A stretch of DNA of 38,393 bases from Fonticula alba ATCC 38817 (lineage: Eukaryota > Protista > Nucleariida), in NCBI GenBank assembly GCA_000388065.2, contig KB932209.1; one strand, written 5' to 3'. Shown here piece by piece: positions 31,785-38,393 of the stretch; within the stretch, counting starts at the first letter, position 1, and every line of letters begins with the position of its first letter. The position numbers were made by a program, and so were the translations under genes. The notes under the pieces are model-generated. The model worked only from the letters and a program-made list of their open reading frames with translations, ran no database searches and was not told the origin of the DNA.

Positions 31785-34700
31785 ACACACTCGCACGCAC
31801 GCATGCTTCGTCTTCATGTCACCGGCATTCTGCCCTCTAGTCCGGTATGGAGGTCGAGGTGGAGCAATTCCTACTGAAGAAGTTTGAAAATGTCTTCACT
31901 CGGATTGTGCACGTCTATAAGGAGGATCTGAGCCAGGTATCAAGCTTCCCATCCTTTCCTGCATGCTGCCCAGTCGGCCGAGTCTCACCACCTGCCCCCC
32001 GGTCCTCTGCCCCTGTGGTATAGCCAAACCACCTTACTGGCATCAAGGTCCGCTACCTGCAGCTCTTCTTCCGGAATACGACGGATGCCACGCGTGTCCG
32101 GCGCTGGGCCGCGCCCCTGGTCGCCCGGAATGCCGAGCGCCGGCGAGACGCCTCGGCTGGCGGCCACTCTTTGTTGGCGGCTGGTGCGGGCTCCGCGGCG
32201 GCCGAGGCGCTGGGAGCAGCTTCGGCCTCGGCTTCGGCCAGCGGGGCGCTGGATCTCGGCGCGCCGCTTCCCTTCACCGACTCCCGGGCGCAGGTGACCT
32301 CCACGCGGGCGGGGCTCGAAAAAACTGGCGGTCGCCCGGCCGCCGGGGCGGTCGCCTCCCTGTACGAGACCGTCGCAAATGTCCAGGCGGCCATCATCGA
32401 CATCCGCGAGTATGACATCCCATATTACCTGCGCGCGGCCATCGATCTCGGTGCGACTGTCCTCCTTTGTGTTGGGACCCTCTTTGCTGTCGGTGAAGTC
32501 GGCTGTCATTCCCCCCCCCCCCCCCGCCCCCTCCGCTGACGCTCAAGCCTTTGTCTTGTCGTGCCCCGCCCCCCCTCCCCCTTTCCCCCTCCCCTTTCCC
32601 CCTTCTCCGCCTATTGGCCATGCAGACATCCGTGTGGGCTTCTGGTATTCGGTCAGCATCCGACAGGGAGCCGTGTCGCTCCACCGAAATGTAGACCTGG
32701 TCGAGCGCGCGGATGCCATCGTTCTTGGTACGTGCCATGTTGGCTGCCGTTGAGCTGTCGGGCCACCTTGGAATTGACCCCTTCCCCGCCACGCTGTCCC
32801 TTCCCGGGGGTGTCCTCCCACAGCCTTCGACATTGAGTGTACCAAGCAGCCACTCAAATTCCCCGATGCCCGTACCGATGGCATTATGATGATCTCGTAT
32901 ATGATCGACAAGCAGGTGTGTTGCCCATTTGGCATCCCGCGACATGCCTCCGCCGCTGGCATCCCATACTAACGAGTGGCGCGCCCACCCTCCCTCCTCT
33001 TTTTCGTATTTTCCCCTCGGCCCCCCCCCCCCCCCCTCAGGGCTATCTGATTACCAACCGCGAGGTTGTCTCGGCGGACATCGACGACTTCGAGTACACC
33101 CCGGTGCCGGAGTATGAGGGCCCATTCATCATCTTCAATGAGCCCGATGAAGTGCGTCGCCGCATTCGCTGCTCCTCCCTTTTCTTTCATCCTCCCTGCC
33201 GCTCCCTGCACACACACACACACACACATACAGGCATTCCTTTCGCTCCTTCCGGCCGGGTCGTCCTCGCCGGCGCATGCTCTGTGCTCACCCTTCCATC
33301 GGCTTGCCTGTCGATAGGAGGCCCTGCTACGGCGCTTCCTTGAGCATATCCAGGAGGTCCGGCCCTCGATCATTGCCTCCTTCAACGGGGACTTCTTCGA
33401 CTGGCCCTTCCTGGAGGCGCGGCTGGAGGCATTCGGCATCAACATGTTCGAGGAGATTGGCTTCGCACAGACCTCCGCCGGTGGGGAGTATTTCAGCCGG
33501 CATTGTGCACATATGGACGCCTTCCGCTGGGTGCAGCGAGATAGTTACCTGCCGGCCGGCTCGCACGGCCTCAAAGCCGTGACCACGGCCCTGCTCGGAT
33601 ACAATCCAGTGGAGCTTGATCCGGAGCAGATGACCCCCTTCGCCGTGGAGCGTCCGCATGAGCTGGCCACCTATTCCGTGTCCGATGCGGTGGCCACCTT
33701 TTATCTGTACATGAAGTATGTGCATCCGTTCATCTTTTCCCTGTGCAACATCATCCCCCTGTGCGCGGATGAGGTCCTGCGCAAGGGCTCCGGCACACTG
33801 TGCGAGACCCTGCTCATGGTGCGATGAAGTGGCGGCCCATTTTTTTGGCGCTCCCCTCGGTCTTTCCCGCCATCAGCCATGTGCCCCCAGCTAACCACCA
33901 TCTGGTTGGACCGTTCTCCCTTTCTTCTCCTTCCTCCTTTCGCCCTTTCTTTCCCTCTCTCTCTCTCTCTCTCCCTCTCTCCTGCCCTCCACCCTGTCTT
34001 TCGCTGGCCCCTTCCCTGCATTGCCTTGCTCTCCCTCCCGGCCGCAGGCACAATCCTTCAAGCTGGGCATCATCATGCCCAACAAGCAAGTTGACGAGCT
34101 GGGTCGGACCTTCAACGGCCACCTGTTGGAGACGGAGACTTACGTCGGCGGTCATGTGGAGGCCATCGAGTCGGGTGTCTTCCGCTCTGACATCCCGATG
34201 GAGTTCGACATGGACGCCACCGCCTTCCAGGAGCTGATCGATGGCATGGACGAGACGCTGGCCTTCGGTCTCCAGGGCGAGGGGGCTTCCCTGGACGAGG
34301 TGACCAACCTGGAGGAGGTACATCTGCTTGGCTTTCCCCTTTTCATCACCCTCTGCTTCCCTGCTGGTTGTTTGCGCATGCCCCTTCGTCTCTGACCTGT
34401 ATGCTGTCCGCTCGCCGCGGTCTGTCGGGCCACTCTTTCGCAGGTTAAGGCCGAACTCACACGCGCGCTGAGCGAGCTGCGCGACGCGCCACGTCGGGAA
34501 ATCCTGCCCCTCATCTACCACTTGGATGTGGCGGCCATGTATCCGAACATCATTCTCACCAACCGTCTCCAGGTGCGTGCCTGGTCGTCCTTCCCTCATT
34601 TGCTCTTTTCATCTGCCTTGTGCGCCTGGCACATCCTCCTTCCTAACTGGCAATCCCGCAATCCCGCGCCTCGCCAGCCCCCGGCGCTGATTGACGAGAC

Positions 34701-35014
34701 TACATGTGCCTCGTGCGACTTCAATGTGCCCGGTTCCGGTTGGTGCGCATCTTGCTCCCTGACATCGCACATTTCTTTCTCCTTGTCGTGCTGCTCCATC
34801 GCTCTGCCGCTCTGCCGCCCCCCGCCGTCCGGTTGGTTGATCTAACCGCCCTGTTCTGTTTGGCCCGGGACCCGGGCTCCAGCCAACGCGAAATGGAGTG
34901 GCAGTGGCGTGGCGAATATTTCCCCGCCAACAAGGGCGAGACCGAGCTGATTCGCGCTCAGATGGAAACTGAAAGTGCGTCTTTCGGCCCGCCCTTTTTT
35001 TTCGTCCCTGCTTT

Positions 35015-35045
<31 letters not shown>

Positions 35046-35378
35046 GCTCTCTCGCCCGCCTGTTTTTTAACTCCTCCCCTGCTGGTCCGTCGTCCCTGGT
35101 GCCCTCGTCGGTGGGACATGCATCCACATCAGCCTTCCCGAGCAAGTTCCCCGACATGCCTCCCCAGCCTTTCACCAGCCTGCCGGCTCGCGAGCAGGCA
35201 GCTCTCCTGTCGGCGCGCCTGGGCGACTATAGCCGCAAGGTTTACAAGCGGACGCACATCACTCGGGTGGAAACGCGCAAGTCGATCGTCTGCCAAAGGG
35301 AGAACTCCTTCTACGTGGACACCGTCCGGGCCTTCCGTGACCGGTACGACCCATGGCTCTCGGCTCTTTGCCTTGACC

Positions 35379-35414
<36 letters not shown>

Positions 35415-35993
35415 CTCTCCCCAGTCTCTGACCCTCGCTTTTGGGGTCGCCCCCTGCGCGGCTCTCGGGCATCAACACAAGTCGCTACGATTACAAGGTT
35501 TTGCACAAGAAGTGGGGCAACATCCGGCGCGAGGCGCTGGCCAGCCGAGACATGGCCCGCATCGAGGAGTCCGAGAAGATGGTGGTCATTTACGACTCGC
35601 TGCAGCTTGCGCACAAAGTCATCCTCAACTCCTTCTATGGCTACGTCATGCGCAAGGCTGCTCGGTGGTACTCGATGGAGATGGCCGGCATTGGTGCGTT
35701 GGTGCCACATGTTGTTGGTGCCGCTGCGGCGGCGGTGGCAGCGGCCGCCACCGTCACTCACCATGTCCGCTAACTCCCCAACCCTCCCTTCAGTCTGTCA
35801 CACGGGTGCCAACATCATCCGCATGGCTCACAAGCTGGTCGATCGCATTGGCCGGCCGCTGGAGTTGGACACTGACGGTATTTGGTGTGTCCTGCCGGCC
35901 GGCTTCCCGGAGAATGTTTCGCTCAAGCTGAAGTCCGGCAAGAGGTGCGACTGACCGACATTTTCGCGCGCGTGCGCGCGTGCATGTGTGTCT

Positions 35994-36044
<51 letters not shown>

Positions 36045-38393
36045 GCTCTGACCTTTCGCTGGGGCCCAATCTAACCTGCCGCCTGTGCGTCTGCTGGCCT
36101 ATCACCGCCGCACCTTTGCATGGCACCTGTACACCTGCGCGCACGTGCGAATCACCCTGCCACAGCGTCCGCCTGTCCTTCCCCTGCTCCCTGCTTAATC
36201 ATATGGTCAACAAGGAGTTCACCAATCACCAATACCAGACATTGGTGGATCCCGAGCGCCTGGTCTACGCCACCTCCTCGGAGAACAGCATCTTCTTCGA
36301 GATCGATGGCCCGTACCGGGCCATGATCCTGCCCTCGTCCACGGAGAAGGACAAGAAGCTGAAGAAGCGCTATGCGGTCTTCCACCCGAGTGGCAAGCTG
36401 GCCGAGTTGAAGGGCTTCGAAATCAAGCGCCGAGGGGAGCTTCAGTTGATCAAAACCTTCCAGTCGCAGCTGTTCGAGCGTTTCCTCGGTGGACGGACCC
36501 TGGCCGAGTGCTACGAGTATGTGGCCGTCGTGGCCAACAACTGGCTGGACGTGCTCTACAGCAAGGGTGCGACCTGATTGCCCCTCCCCCTGTCTTTCTC
36601 TCTCTCTCTCTCTCCCCTCCCTCCTTGCCCTGACCAAGCATGTTGCTGCTCCTTGCTTTTGTCGGTGCCTCCCTCGATGGCCTTCGGCTCATGCGCATGT
36701 GCACCCTCTCTGACGTCATGCCCTCTTGGCATTCTCACCTCCCCCCCCCCCCCCGGGGTGCCTTTCCATTCTCGCCCGGACGCCACAGCCCGTGACATGG
36801 AGGACTCCGAGGTGATCGACCTGCTGTCGGAGAATCGAAGCATGTCACGCACGCTCGAGGACTACGGCAACCAAAAGTCCACGTCCATCAGCACGGCCCG
36901 GCGTCTGGCCGAGTTCCTCGGCGACCAGATGGTCAAGGACAAGGGCCTTTCCTGTCAGTTCATCATCTCCACCAAGCCGCTCGGCACGCCGGTCACCGAG
37001 CGTGCGGTGCCGGTGGCCATCTTCTCGGCCGAGGAGCATGTCAAGCGGCACTATTTGCGCAAGTGGTGCGTTTGCGTGTTTTCGCCTCCCTTGCCCCTGC
37101 CAGGTGGCCCGCTCTTGCTCCCTTTTTTTTCTCCCAGGCCTGATACTAACCGCCTCACTTTGTCCACTTGGGGCGCATGGCTTGTGACACGGTCGGGGCC
37201 GCCTGTCACATGCTTCAGGCTCAAGGATCCGTCCTTGAACAACTTCGACATTCGGTCGCTCCTGGACTGGGAGTACTATATCGAGCGCTTCGGCGCGGCC
37301 ATTCAGAAGCTGATCACCATCCCGGCCGCATACCAGAATGTGGCGAACCCGGTGCCGCGTGTCCGGCATCCGGATTGGCTGCAAAAGCAGCTGGCCGAGA
37401 AGCACGGATGCGATGCTGGCTTCCGGCAGCGCCGCATCACCGACATGTTCACCAAGGGCGAGCCCGGGGCCGCCATCCCGGACATCGAGGACCTCGGCAC
37501 CGGCGGCCTGGCCCCAGGCCGTATGATCAAGCGCAAGCGCATGCCGGCCGGCTCTGACGGCCAAGGTAATGACGAGGGCCCGGAGGCAGGCTCGGCCAGT
37601 GAAGCCGGCCCTGACACAGTGCCGATCATCGCCCCGCAGGCCGATGCACTGGTCGACTATCGGGCCTGGCTGGTCCAGGCAAAGGAAGTCTGGCGGCACC
37701 GGCGCCGGAACCCGCCGGCAGCCGGCCCCGAAGCCTCGGACCCCGGGGCTTCCATCGTCATGGCCCCGTCGATGAAGCCGTCCTACTTCCGGCGCCAGGC
37801 GGATGCCCTCCGCACGCGCACGTGGGAGATCCTCCAGATTTGCGAGGTACATGCGGCCTGACCGGCCGGCCGATTCGTGTGCCAACCACTCCAACTGCCT
37901 ATGCTGTGGCCCTCGCAAGTACTGACACACCTCCTCCCTCTCCCTCTCTTTCTCCTTCTTCACCCCCCCCCCCCCACTCCCCATGCAGACCCCCACGCCC
38001 GGGGAGTTCAATGTCTTTGCCTTTGTGGGGGAGACCATGAATGTCATCAAGGTCAATGTGCGTGTTCCGTGCTTCCTGCCGCCTGGATGACCTTCACAAT
38101 GTTGCTGACGGCATTTCTCAGGTTCCGCGCATTTTCTATGTGAATTCCCTTGTGGACGACCCGTCCACCAGTGCCAAGCGCGTGCAGCGGACCCTGCCAC
38201 ACGGAGCACCGACGCACTTCCTTCACGAGTACCGCCTGCCGGAGGCGGACTTCATCGAAAACCGCCATGTATGTGCTCACCCGCCGGTCGGAGGGCTGGC
38301 AGATGCCCCGCTGCCGTCAGGGCTCCTGGGTCGCTGGGAGTTCATCCATTTGGCCCGACATTAACACACGTCTCCATCGCTGTCGCTCCCCCC
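31161..38393 (+). CDS. POLE: DNA polymerase epsilon catalytic subunit (5' part; continues beyond the window)
   Basis: ATG at 31161. [21 protein letters not shown], exonuclease [124 protein letters not shown]. The window ends inside an intron (donor at 38269). Confidence 0.98.
35985..36042 (+). repeat. (GT)n microsatellite in a POLE intron
   Basis: Read directly. Many shorter (CT)n and (CA)n tracts occur in other introns and UTRs. Confidence 0.95.

Noticed and set aside
34705-34883. Apparent loss of the third CysX (Fe-S) cysteine of Pol epsilon in the ORF track
   Set aside because: The codon is split by an intron (tg|gtgcgc...ccag|c = TGC), restoring [17 protein letters not shown]; the fourth Cys (VCQREN) is also present.

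Overview
GC-rich, gene-dense, intron-rich eukaryotic genomic scaffold with five N gaps. The opisthokont-type Tom20, Tvp18-type protein, fungal-like CTRAC branch points, and retained MCM9 and ITPK1 suggest a non-animal, non-dikaryan opisthokont; a Fonticula-like holomycotan is my guess, not proven. I manually spliced 13 protein-coding genes: MCM9(-), TOM20(+), CNDP2/DUG1(-), EMC6(+), an orphan 4-TM tetraspanin-topology protein(+), an FABP-like lipid-binding protein(+), a class I HDAC homolog(+), ITPK1(-), a PIGBOS1-like microprotein(-), an RHBDD1-type rhomboid(+), CHCHD5/Mix14(-), TVP18(+) and the 5' part of POLE(+), which runs off the window. The strongest observation is that the HDAC homolog has an intact reading frame and splice sites but has lost two of three Zn ligands, the general-base His and the catalytic Tyr, so it is a probable class I pseudo-deacetylase. 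It lies tail-to-tail with ITPK1, possibly with stop codons 1 nt apart. Other leads are an FABP-family gene in an apparently non-animal genome, the PIGBOS1-like microprotein, poly(C) rather than poly(U) intron tracts, and GTGCG-dominated donors. No tRNA, rRNA, CRISPR array or mobile element was recognised. Reference-protein residue numbers and motifs are quoted from memory of the human or yeast proteins; no database search was run.
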